A stretch of DNA of 63,000 bases, counting the filler, from Conidiobolus incongruus B7586 (lineage: Eukaryota), in NCBI GenBank assembly GCA_000697335.1. It is 23 parts of 23 records of this genome, joined end to end, with 100 filler letters (N's around TTAATTAATTAA, not from the genome) between each part and the next. Parts side by side here need not be neighbours in the genome. Positions count along the whole stretch, not along the records: positions 39,218 to 40,224 come from JNEM01003809.1; positions 40,325 to 41,484 come from JNEM01003810.1; positions 41,585 to 45,845 come from JNEM01003811.1; positions 45,946 to 51,843 come from JNEM01003812.1; 19 more parts are not named here. One strand, given 5' to 3'. Made by a program: the position numbers and the translations under genes. Below are positions 39,224 through 51,710 of the stretch, piece by piece. Every line of letters starts with the position of its first letter. The first letter of the stretch is position 1. The notes under the pieces were generated by a model, which saw only the letters and a program-made list of their open reading frames with translations, made no database searches and was not told where the DNA came from.

Positions 39224-40224
39224 TTAGATGAACGCTATAAAAGCTGGTTTCAAAGTGGCCAATAAAACAGGTGAGAATACAATCGTTAAAGTTAATAGAG
39301 CAATTACCCAAGAAATACCATAAGGAATCGTATAGTTGGCTGAAACTGTCTCCCCACCCGAAGGAGCCCCCCCATCTGTGGGAGCCGAATCAAATGAGAT
39401 AACTTTAATAACTCTTAAATAGTAAGCAGCACTAATAACACTAGTTAAAACCGCTATGATAGCCAGCATATAATAACCAGAATGAGTAGCTGCATAGAAC
39501 ACTTTAAGTTTAGCAAAGAAACCTATAAAAGGAGGAATTCCGGCTATAGAGAAAAAACTTATAGCCAAACATAAAGCTAGTAAAGGATTGCCTCCGGCTG
39601 TTTGGAATTGACCTTTTAATTGAGAAATAGTGTTCAGAGGTGAATATTTAGGAACATCAGGTTGAGCACTTTCTAATAAGTTACCTAAAGCTAATAAAAT
39701 GTAGAAAATATTTATAGAAGTTAAAGAGTATTGTATTAAGTAGAACATCATTGACTCAATCGATTGTTCAGTATTTATACCTAATCCTAAAAGCATAAAT
39801 CCTACATGTGAAATTGCACTATAGGCTAATAGTCTTTTTATTCGGTATTGTCCTAAACCTACGACGCTACCTACTATTTGTGATAATAGAGCACTGATTA
39901 GGAAAAGTAAACTCCAATACTGTAAATTCCAGAATACTCCTGCAAATAATTCTAACATAAATACTAGAAGTGATATCTTTGGTATTACTGCTAACCATGA
40001 AGTAACTAATGTTGGTACTCCGTCATATACATCAGGAGCCCAATTATGGAATGGAGCTGCTGCTATTTTGAATAATAAACCTACCCCTATTATTAACAGA
40101 CTTAATTCTAGTTTCATTACTAGCCCCCCGCTGTTTAAATAAGCGGCCCCGAAGGAAGGGGCAGAACCTGCAGCCCCCCCCGCGGCTGAACAGGCAACTG
40201 AAGTAATTTGATAAAAACTATCCC
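39224..40224 (-). CDS. nad2: Mitochondrial NADH dehydrogenase subunit 2, C-terminal part (5' truncated by contig edge)
   Basis: Motifs [51 protein letters not shown] and [10 protein letters not shown]. The frame stays open upstream of the listed Met to the contig end ([16 protein letters not shown]...). No spliceosomal introns; all five Trp codons are TGG. Confidence 0.96.
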
Positions 40225-40324
40225 NNNNNNNNNNNNNNNNNNNNNNNNNNNNNNNNNNNNNNNNNNNNTTAATTAATTAANNNNNNNNNNNNNNNNNNNN
40301 NNNNNNNNNNNNNNNNNNNNNNNN

Positions 40325-40982
40325 AAAAAATTTAAGATTTATCAATTATAAGTATTTATTGTAAAAACCTTTATTTTTAATTATATCTTAATAAGTTTAG
40401 TTTAGCTATAACTACTTTAGTTTTTTTAAGCTTTTGTTAAATTATAAAATATCTATTATATATTTTTATTTATTAATCTAAATTTAAACTTAAGTAAATA
40501 TAACATGCTTATATAATTAATATTAAATTACTTTAATAATTCTTTAGCAGAAATAAAAGAATATTTCTTAATATATTTTTTTACTATATTAATAAGTGAA
40601 AAAATAATAATAAAAATTAGTTTTTTAAATTTTGATAAATTTTAAATAATGTCCCTTTTAATTTTAAAATCATAAATCTAATAATATATAGTAGTTTTAG
40701 ATCAAACACCATCTTTATAAACTGTTTATAAGTTTTAAATGATTTTAAAAGGTTTATAGTTAAGTTTTAAAGATATAAAAATAAAAGCTTTTTGATAATT
40801 ATAATCTAGTTTAAGCATAATTAAATTTAAATATCAATTTTAAAATCAAAATATTTTAATAAAAAAAATAACTAAAATTAAATATATATATATATATATA
40901 TATATAATTTTTCAAAATATATAATATGTTTAAAAAATCAGAAATTAAAAAATTTACCATTTTTTAATTTCTATACTAATAA
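40325..40982 (-). mobile_element. Degenerate mariner subfamily B, 5' half
   Basis: Reverse complement matches 32330-32850; ends aaaaatcagaaattaaaaaatttaccatttttt. Confidence 0.82.
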
Positions 40983-42261
40983 TAATTATATTATTAACTT
41001 TTTTAATAAAATTTTATTATTATTTTTTAAATATTATTAATCATTAAATTTCTAAAAGTTAGGATTAACAATATTAATGCCATAATTATATTAGGTCAAT
41101 TAATATACCTATCACCTAATATATATGAAGCTTAAATAAACTTACTGATATATTAAATTTATTACGTCATTTCTAATTTAAGTTTTTCTCTCAATTATAT
41201 TGACTTTAAGCTTAATAACTGTTACCTCTTGATTTTGATTATATTTTAATTTTTGTTAAACTACAGTATTTTGAAATTTTTTTCAAAATATATTCTAATA
41301 ATATAACATTCGTTTAATATATCAGCTAATTAAATATAGTTTGAATATTAGTATATATATTATAATTATATAATAAATATTAAATTATTTTTATGGTTTT
41401 TTTATAAAAAATTAAAATTATTTTTAATTTATTTCTTATTATAATAAGTATTCAATTTAAAATAAAGATATATAATATTTAATGNNNNNNNNNNNNNNNN
41501 NNNNNNNNNNNNNNNNNNNNNNNNNNNNTTAATTAATTAANNNNNNNNNNNNNNNNNNNNNNNNNNNNNNNNNNNNNNNNNNNNTAATTAAAAAATATTA
41601 AACAAAAACTAAGATATATAATATATATTTTAAATTATAGCCTATATGATTATAATTACTATAAATAGTAAAAATTTAACTTATAAAAAAGATTTTTCAA
41701 AAAATACTTATTTAATTTATAATATATTAAATATCATTTTTAATATATAGTTTTTAATTATTATAAGCTATTAAAAATATAGCAAAAAAGTTAATAATAT
41801 TAATATAAATTAAGATAATATATTATATAATCAATTTCTAATCCATTTAAAAATAGTACAATTAAAAATTTTATAATATGTTATATAAGTTATAATGGTT
41901 ATCATGAAATTGGGAATTAAAAATTCATTTTTTGATTATAAAAGATTTTACACTTTTGTTAGTAAATTTTGAAAAGAATAAATTACAAATTTTTATCAAA
42001 AGAATTGTGTCAAAAGTTTAAAATTATTTATTTTGGAATAATATAAATTATTATTTTAGTTAAAGCTTTGATTAATTATCATATAGTAGGGGATTTATAT
42101 TAATTAATAAATATTATCATTATTAAATCATTTATATTAAATCTTATTTTCAGAATTAGAATATTAAATAACAAAAATTACAACTCTGAGATAGAATATT
42201 AATAAAAAAAATGTGTAATAAAGAAAGCTTAATCAATTAATAATTTAACAAATAATTAAAT

Positions 42262-44253
42262 TTATTCCTTTAATAAAGATTTACCAACGATTAATTTCAT
42301 AACTTCGTTAGTACCCTCCAAAATTCTGTGAACTCTAGAATCTCTCCAGAATTGTTGGATTCTGTAATCCTTGAGGTAACCGTAGCCACCATGCAATTGC
42401 ATACACTGGTCAATAATATGGAAACTGAGTTCAGTGGCATGGATTTTGGACTAAAGATGGAGTTAGTATATGAGCAAATATAGAAGAATTAGGAATTACC
42501 ATGGCAACAAAAGAGGTCTTCATGGGAGAGTTTTGATCATAGAGGGAGGCGGCTTGTCTTAATAATGTACGGGCGGATTGGAGTTGGGTGGCCATTTCAG
42601 CAAGTTTGAATTGGGTGTTCTAAAAATCATATTTAATAAATGTAGCACAAAATAACAATAAACTTACTTGGAATTCGGAAATGGATTGCTTAAATTGCTT
42701 TCTATCCTTAACATAGTCAATAGTACTTTCCAAACTAGCTTGAGCAGCTCCGAGGGAGCAGGAAGCTAAATCACAGAGTTAATAATTTCGCTTGTTGTGT
42801 GATTATTGCTAGCTTACAAATATTCAAACGGCCACCGTCTAGTCCCATCATAGCGAATTTGAAACCTTCACCTTCCTTGCCAATTAGATTGTCTTTGGGG
42901 ATAGCACAGTCTTCAAAGATAACAGCTATAGTTATTGAGTTAATACAGCATAATTATTGGAGTTTTAACAAATGCATTACCTCTAGTTGGTTGACAGTTC
43001 CATCCAACCTTTATTTAATAATATATTAAACTTGGATTTGTAATAATATATACTATTGATTGATACCTTCTTTTCTTTAGCACCAAAGCTCAATCCAGGA
43101 GTACCTTTTTCAACGACAAAAGCTGAAATACCCTTGGGGCCTAAACAATTATTTAATGTACAGAGTTATGATAATAATTAAAACGCAATTACCAGGTCCA
43201 CCAGTACGGGCCATAACGACATAAATATCACTAAGACCACCGGATGAAATAAAAGCCTATTCATCATGTAAGTATATGAATCAATGAATCAAATTATAAA
43301 TATCACCTTGCTTCCATTCAAAACATACTTATCACCAACTAATTTGGCAGTAGTACCCAAATTACCAGCATCGGAACCGGCACCAGGTTCAGTAAGACAA
43401 TAAGAAGCGAGTTTCTATAAATATTTGTTGAATAATATTCAGCCATCATTATATAATATATTACATCAATATTGATCAATTGAGGAATATACTTTTCACG
43501 AAGTTGTTGAGATCCGAATTGATCAATACAATAAGCAGCTAATCTAACAATGGATCAGTGGTGTGATCACCAAAAATGTATTTAATTAATTACTGATGGA
43601 TTGTTAACATAGCAGTAGCGGCAGTGTCACCAGTGGCTAAAGCCTCAAATATGATGGAAGCGTCCAATCGAGCTAAGGATCATATTTAGATAATAGCAGT
43701 ATATGAATCATATGATATTTACTCAAGTTGGAACCTCCCAAATCGTCCTTCAAATAAATAGCACCTGAATATTTATATCTTTTATTAATACAAACTCACA
43801 ATCTCAATTACATATAAAATCACCAAATCCAAGTTCGGCAGCTTTTCTCAAAGTATCTAAGGGCAACTCTTCAATCTCGTCATACTAACCAATGACTTAT
43901 TAAAATTTGTCAAAAGATAAAAGAATTTGAAATAAAATTTACTTCTTGCATTTTGGGAGCTAATTCATTATCGGCAAAAGATCTTGCCAAATTGTACATT
44001 TCAATTTGTTCATCTAAATAATACCAATAAAAACTCTGAAACAGTTTTGAGCTATATTTCAATTACCGTTTAATCCGATTAAAGCTAATTCAAATCAAGC
44101 AAGTAAGTATCTGATCATTATTCGATGTAAACATTAATTCAACTTACGACTGATAGGTAAAGCTTCAGTAACCAAAGTTCTCTTAACGATATTATTAAGG
44201 GAGCGTTTAAGTTGTTGAGAAGCGGCTGACTTTAATACTTGGCCCAAAATCAT
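42262..44253 (-). CDS. Acyl-CoA dehydrogenase, isobutyryl-CoA dehydrogenase (ACAD8)-like, 15 exons
   Basis: Manual GT-AG splicing gives a presequence-like [19 protein letters not shown], then [84 protein letters not shown] and [16 protein letters not shown]. Confidence 0.93.
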
Positions 44254-45434
44254 TTTTATTAGTGAGTTATTAATTACTGTCAAGTCTTCTCTAGCCACTC
44301 TACAACCATCAATTTATATTATTGGGACCAATTTCTAAATTAAGTAATATTCAATTGAAATTTAATCTTGAGAGAAATAATAGAAGAATCAACCAATTAA
44401 ATTTAACAAAACCAAGGTTTAATTATAAATTATGATGATTAAAAGTCTTGTGACTGAAAATTAATAATGGAATGAAAATCAAAAATCATGGGTTTGTTTG
44501 GATTTCAATGATTAAGGTAGAAATAATTTGAAAGTTTATTAAATTAATCAAAAAGTTTATTTGGATAAAGTGATTTTTGTTAAATATTAAATGCTATATA
44601 TATTTGATTAATACTGTTAATCATTCAAATTGAAATATAAAAAAGCTAATATCCAGCCGAAAATTGTATCGATGATTTTCAATCTCAAGTCTCTATTTGA
44701 TTCAGAAATAAAATATACAAGTTAAGAAACTAAATTTGCTTATTTTAATAGAACACAGTTTATAAATCATAAGTATTTCAACATTATTTTTCCTATTATA
44801 CTAAAAAAATTGATTTTTAAATAAATCAACAAATTTACTATATATATAATATAGCTTGCTAAAGAAATTTTAGCACAAAAACAAAATGATTAAATATATG
44901 GAATTTTAAATTTGATCAAAATAAATTCGAATTAATAAACCGAAATATCATACTATGCAGTTTATTCTATATTAGCTATTCGCAAATATCTATAAACAAT
45001 AACTAGTGGCAAAAGGATTTGAAATCATAGGGTTGAAACATGGCTTAATTCATAGCAATATGATCTAATATAAATGACTTTATTTAACACATCCTAATCG
45101 TTGGCAATATTTCCAACCACTTACAGTATTACTATCTAATCAAACAATTTCTACATGTCCCATAATCACTAAGTTATTTGTCAATAATCAATCACACTTT
45201 ATTTAAAACAACCTCACATTGGATAAAAATTGTCAGGTTTTCAAAATATACAAGTTACCTTTATTCAATTAAGAATAGAAAAAAACAATATTAATTTTAT
45301 ATCTCATAAAAAAAGAGAAATAAAACAATATTTCAAATATTGCCAATATTCCTTATATAAATAACTATCAAATTTTTAATATTTTGATAATTATTCTATT
45401 ATTTTATTAAATAAAAAGATATTATTAAATCAAA

Positions 45435-45440
<6 letters not shown>

Positions 45441-45470
<30 letters not shown>
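45441..45470. repeat. (TA)15 microsatellite
   Basis: Perfect TA run. Confidence 0.9.
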
Positions 45471-45471
<1 letters not shown>

Positions 45472-47462
45472 CTGGTATATATATTTAAAATTGAATAAAA
45501 TAAATATATATATTTAGTATCAACTTATATTTACTTTTCATTCTTTATTTTTGAACTTAAACTAATATCTGAGCAATTGATAGTTATTTCAATTTATTAT
45601 AAATTATAAATATGTTTTGGGCTAAAGTTTAAAACTATAATTTATAATTTTTAAACCATAAATATATATCAAATATAGATTTTTGATAAATATATATATA
45701 TATATTAAAATACTATATTAAATATTTATATTAGTATATTATATTAAGATATAAAATTAACAATATTTATTTTTATAAATAAATTAATTAATTCTAATTT
45801 TAATTAACTTATAATAAATAAAATGATTAGTATATATCTTTTATTNNNNNNNNNNNNNNNNNNNNNNNNNNNNNNNNNNNNNNNNNNNNTTAATTAATTA
45901 ANNNNNNNNNNNNNNNNNNNNNNNNNNNNNNNNNNNNNNNNNNNNTATTTTATATATAATTAATTTTTTAAACCAATATATTTATAAAATTAAAATTTAA
46001 CAAAAATTATTTCTTATTAATATTTGTAAATTTATTAGTGAATTTATATAATTTTTAATGTCTTATATTGAAACAGTGATTTAAATGAAAAGTAATAATT
46101 ATATTTTTCAATACAAGTTATTTTTTATTTTATATTAATACTATAATATAAACGAATTTTTGTAAAACTGACTAATCATTAACTAAATTCTTTTATAGTT
46201 ACGTTTTTTATTTATTTTTCTTTTAATTCATTAATAAATTTAGAAAATTCAATCATACTAATTCAGATTGATATTTAGTTTCTATTTCTATCACTTTGTC
46301 TCTCACTCAATATATATATATATATATTTAATAAGTATATTATATCATATTAGTTTTTATAATTGAATGATTTTAGATTACCTGAAACAAAATTTTGTGA
46401 AATTAAATTCACCATTTTTATTGAAAATAATTGCAATTAATTTATATACACATAATTGTTTATCTACACCACATCTAACGACCTTTTACAGTTTAATTAT
46501 CATAAAGATATTATATTGAAATTCAAAAAATTAAGCAAATTGATGTAAAAAAAATCAAAGATGCTTTATCAGTTGTAACAGATCAAAATTGGAATACTAT
46601 ATTTAAAGTAATAAACCTTTGCATTTAAAATCTAAATCATTTTTATGAATTAAATTAAAAAACCAAATAAATCCCTTATTTTAATTTAAAATGATTAGAA
46701 ATTTATTGACTAATTGCGTAATCTGTTTTACTAATGTAATGATTATTAAAAAGCTAAATGTTTCAATATTTTTTGATAATCAAATGTTGAATTTTTAAAT
46801 ATGCCATGAAATATAATTTATATAGTATATTAAATTTTAATTAATTGTTAATATTTTGAAGAAAAACTCACATAATGATTAGTATGAAATTTAGTTTATT
46901 TAAACATATTAATAATATTTTGTATAATTAGTGAATCATCAGTAATCGTTCAAATGATCATATACCCCAAATTGCTAACGAAATTATTCAACTTGACAAC
47001 CATTCATATGATTTGACGGTAACACAATCCCAATTCTTGGAATTTGATTTGACACTTTTGAGGTGCTACTACTTTTGGATCAAAGTATGTTAAATTAAGT
47101 CATATTGAGGATTTTGGGTTATTAAAAAATAGATCAAATGTGATTGGCTGATTTGATGCCAAAATATAAGGAAAATTTTTCAAAATCAAAGCACCAATCA
47201 GTTCGCATGAATATGCGAAGGATTGAGATTGAATCAGGGGAATCCAATTTGATTTATAATACGGTGAGGGGTGGTTGTGGAGTGTCAAATAATCAATATT
47301 CAGACAACTAAATTCATTATTCGAAACACTTTCGCCAGGTTTTTTCTTTAATTACAATATTTTGCCTATTTGAAATAGAATAGTAGCGTAATTGTCCACA
47401 CCTAAATTTTATTCATTTTTATTTATTATATTGTCATATACTATTATTAAATACTAGTCAAT

Positions 47463-48659
47463 ATGTCTGCTACTTTTCATAACAACGCTCAATGGTACTT
47501 CCATCTCAATGACATGAAGAAAACTCCCTCTATTATCAATAAAGTTTGCTCATATGAACAAGAGATCGATTATCGGGCGAGAGGCATTTCATTTTTAACA
47601 CATATTGCTAATGCTCTTCGATTGTATGACATATAATCCCAACTTTTCTTATTGCCTTATTAACGTTTTATTTAATTTTTAGACCTCAAGTAACGATTGC
47701 TACAGCATGTACTTATTTTCATCGCTTTTTTATGAGGCAAACTTTTAGAGATTTTCACCAATATGTATGTTTTTTTTCCTTAGTGATTAGTCTGGTTCAT
47801 GTTTTTTATTAACCTATATTTTTTAGGATATTGCTGTTACATGTTTATTCATAGCCTGTAAAGAGGAGGATACAGGCAGACATATTCAACATTTTCTTCA
47901 TGAAGTTATTAAAAGGGCTTTTAAAACCAATCATCCTTCAGAGCAAATTCTCAAGACAGAATCTCGAAGATGGCTAGATGTTTTAGCATATAATGAACCC
48001 ATTGTTTTATATACTATTTGTTTTGATTTAGCCATAGATCTTCCCTATCGCCATGTACTTAATTTTATGGAAAATTGGGATGGTAATATTTCTATATGCA
48101 TTTAAATAATTATTGGGTTCTAAGTTTTAATGTGCAGGCTATAAAGCTTATAAAAAAGCAAGATTAAATGGTGAGTTTTATAATGATACAGCAACAATGC
48201 GTAACGCTATGAAACTTGCCTTAACTGCTTGGACCTTTGTTAATGACAGGTAAATAAAGCTCTTATTGAGCACCAAGGTTTTTGAGCTAGTATTAAACTG
48301 TTCATATCTTTTATGAAATTTCGCCATTACAGTTATAAGACCACAGTCTGTTTAACCCATCAACCTAAAGTGATAGCTGCCGCTGCCACTTTTATTGCAT
48401 CCAAGCACTCGAACATTCCATTAAATAGCGATGCTACTAAGGGCTTACCCTGGTGGTCTGCTTTTGATGTGTCAATTGATGAGGTTCAAGGTAAATATTT
48501 TTCTTTTTATATAACGATTAAATTCGTTATATATTTTGTTTTAAATATTCATTGTAACACCTCATTAACGTTGGGTATTTTAACCTAATAGAGGCATCCA
48601 ATATCATATTAAGTCAATATGACAATAACCCCGCATTCGCCTCAGCTCAGCGTCACTAG
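47463..48659 (+). CDS. Transcriptional cyclin (cyclin K/T, Pch1-like), 6 exons
   Basis: Spliced translation gives QWYF...KTPS, LRLPQVTIATACTYFHRFFMRQ, CLFIACKEEDT, ICFDLAIDLPY, AWTFVNDSYKTTVCL and PKVIAAAA. Confidence 0.9.
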
Positions 48660-51194
48660 ACGCGACTAGACCACAATTTACCGATGGAACTATACCATCA
48701 TTGTACTTAAGAAAACCGATCCGAAAAATATCTTTCCCCTTCCGAAAAACATCCTAAATACTCGTATAATACTTCATTAAATTATCTACTCGTACTTTGG
48801 TCTAAAAAATATAGTCCTACCATATATAATTGAAATGTATAACTAATTGCTCATTTTTACATGGCTTCCTATCCATTGTAAATATGATTTCAAAAAAAAA
48901 TAATAAATGTATCATTAATTATAGATTTTAAACTAATAATCTCATTTATACTTATGTAAAATCTGTGCTACAATATTTTAAATTGCTTGGTTTATATCCT
49001 CTCAATTTAGTGTAATACGTTAAACAATTCAACATATGAAATTAGCGGTATGAACAAGGACTTAAAAGCTTAGATCATTCACTTTAGTCCTTATATACCC
49101 TCAAGCTAATAAGTTATTTCAAATGTAATATATTTAACGCACTGTCTGTTTATAAAATGAAATTGGTTAGAATAAAATTGGAATAGCTAATCAACTAACT
49201 GTTTAATGTTTTGATTAACTGAAGATCGCTTGATTTTCATTATTTTAGCAAAAGATAAACGATTAATGAGTTATAAAGATATTAAAAGTTAATAATGATA
49301 AATTATTAAAAGTATTAATATTAGCCAATTAATGATGGCAATATCAGCATCTGTTATTATTTTCTGATATATGACTTTATTAAAGTCTATAAATAAAAAT
49401 ATTTATCATTGAATTATAAATCAGTTTCAGATACTAAGAAATAATATTATTTTTTAAAAATAATTTGTATTTAATTATTAAGTTTATATAAAATTATTAA
49501 AAAATTAATTTTTTTAATAATTTTTTTTTAATTTTAAATATTTTAATCAAAAATAATTTATTTATAATATTTTGACTTGATAAAGTACTGTTAATAATAT
49601 TAATTCATAATTACCATTGTATAAAATATTTTAATCCAGAGTTACATATAAAAATAAGTTTATAATAAGTTTTGAATATTTAACTATTAAGATTTGAAAT
49701 TAATATTAATATTTTATAAAATTAAGTAATACTAATATTAATATGGTTTTTCTTAAATTAATTATAATTTCAAATTCAATATATATTATATCTAATATAT
49801 AATTATACTTAATAATATATATATTGTTTATAATTTAAATATGTAATGTTCTTACTTTTGATAGAAATAAATCAAAGAATATTATTAAAAATTAATAATA
49901 AAAATAAAATATGATTGATTTAAAAATAATTTTATTTAATATTATAATAATAAATTTTTTAACTGATTAATAAAATATTCAAAAGGTTTAATAAAGATTA
50001 ATTATTATTATTAAGTTTAATTAAGGAAATATTTTAATTTATTAGTTTTCGTTATAAAATCCATTTATATTAAAGTTATTAATTTCAAACTTCTTATTAT
50101 GATCTATTGATAATATTTAATAAATATTAAATTTTAAAAGAACATATTATTTATAAATAAATATATTAATAATTGCTATTTTGATAAAGTTTAATTGATA
50201 ATATCGACTTTTTAATAGTATGTTTTTAAATTATTTAATATTTAGTCTTTTTAATATAATTTGAAAAATGTACTTAATGAATTTTTACATAATTTTAACT
50301 TTGATTCAATAAATTTCAGGAAAATTTCAAAATAATTATTATATTTAGCTTTTGATTAAAATATTTTTTGTTAACTTTTGGAATTGAATTCAGCTTACTT
50401 TGAGAAAAGTATTTGAAAATTATTTACAAAAAATAAGTCCCTCTTATTTATTAGAATTCATCAAGGATTAAATAAATATATATATTAAGGTAAAAATAAA
50501 ATCTCAATAGTAATCAAACATAATGATATCAATATATTTAAAAAATTTCAATTAAATATTTGATGGTAATTTTAAAAAATAATCCATCAATTCTTTAATT
50601 AAAAGTTATAATCTAAGTGTATTTTATTAGATATAATTCTTATTAAGAGATGAATTATATTATTAAAATCAATTGCTTATATAAAATTAATTATTAATAT
50701 TGGATTTGATTATTTATATAAAATAAATTATTATTATTTTTAATATCTATTTTATTTTTACTATTATATTCTAAAATATTATTTTTTTTATTAAAACTTA
50801 AAAGAATAAACCTTATATAAATTAAATCAAAATAGTATATTTGGAACTAAAATAAAATATGAGTATTAGTCACTTAATGGTTTTTATATATCAATTGCTA
50901 TTAATTTAATTTTGAAATAAAATATAATCTTTAGTAAATTATAAATTATAATCTAATATTTGACTGATTATTTATATTATTATATTCTATAAATTATTTT
51001 ATCAATAAAAATAATAAATATATTAGTAACCTTGTTTTTAAATAACCTCAAACTATATTTACTTTGTTTATAATATTAATATTTTATTTAATTTAAAAAT
51101 TTCTCTAATATTAAATCTACTATAAAGCTAATTTTTTTAGAACTTTTAATTTTTAATAAGTAATTTCAAAACTATTTAAATTATTATTTTTATA

Positions 51195-51710
51195 TTTTAT
51201 TTAAATGATGGGTAATAATCTTGTCCATTACTCAAGAAACTCTTACTATTATACTAATGCAAGAAGTCATATTGGAAGTATTTTATTTTATAAATTAGTC
51301 TAATTTAATACTTTCCACTTGAAGCTATTTATAGCCACCCAAACTCAATAATTGAAACTATTATAAGATTATCATAAACCAATCAATAAACCTATCTTTT
51401 TATCTTTACTTTCAAAAGTATTTAGTCTCTAAACTTTCTTATAATACTCACAAAAAGTATTGAATTGTGATAAGTATAAAATATTTACTTTATTCAAAGA
51501 CTTTGATTTATAATAAGCTATTTCCACCTAATTTGGTGAACCTTCATAATTTCCCTTAATTTTGTGGTAATCTATTATTTATCACTGGTGATTCCCTGTT
51601 TAAGTTCTAAAGGACTATTTCCTCCTATATTTATAATTATCATAAATATATAAATTCATCTTTTGCTAAAGATATAGTTATTATGAAATTTCTATATATA
51701 CCAATTATTC
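51195..51710 (-). pseudogene. Possible hypermutated coding relic of unknown origin
   Basis: Island richer in G/C than its flanks but apparently CpG-free. Minus-strand stretches look codon-like (DYHKIKGNYEGSPN*VEIAYYKSK) with TAG/TAA stops. No family recognised. Confidence 0.3.

Noticed and set aside
42799..43029. 76-aa plus-strand ORF
   Set aside because: Antisense to ACAD exons and introns.
48313..48588. ORFs 48313-48588 and 55774-56007 as stand-alone genes
   Set aside because: They are exon-plus-intron read-throughs of the cyclin and HAM1 genes.
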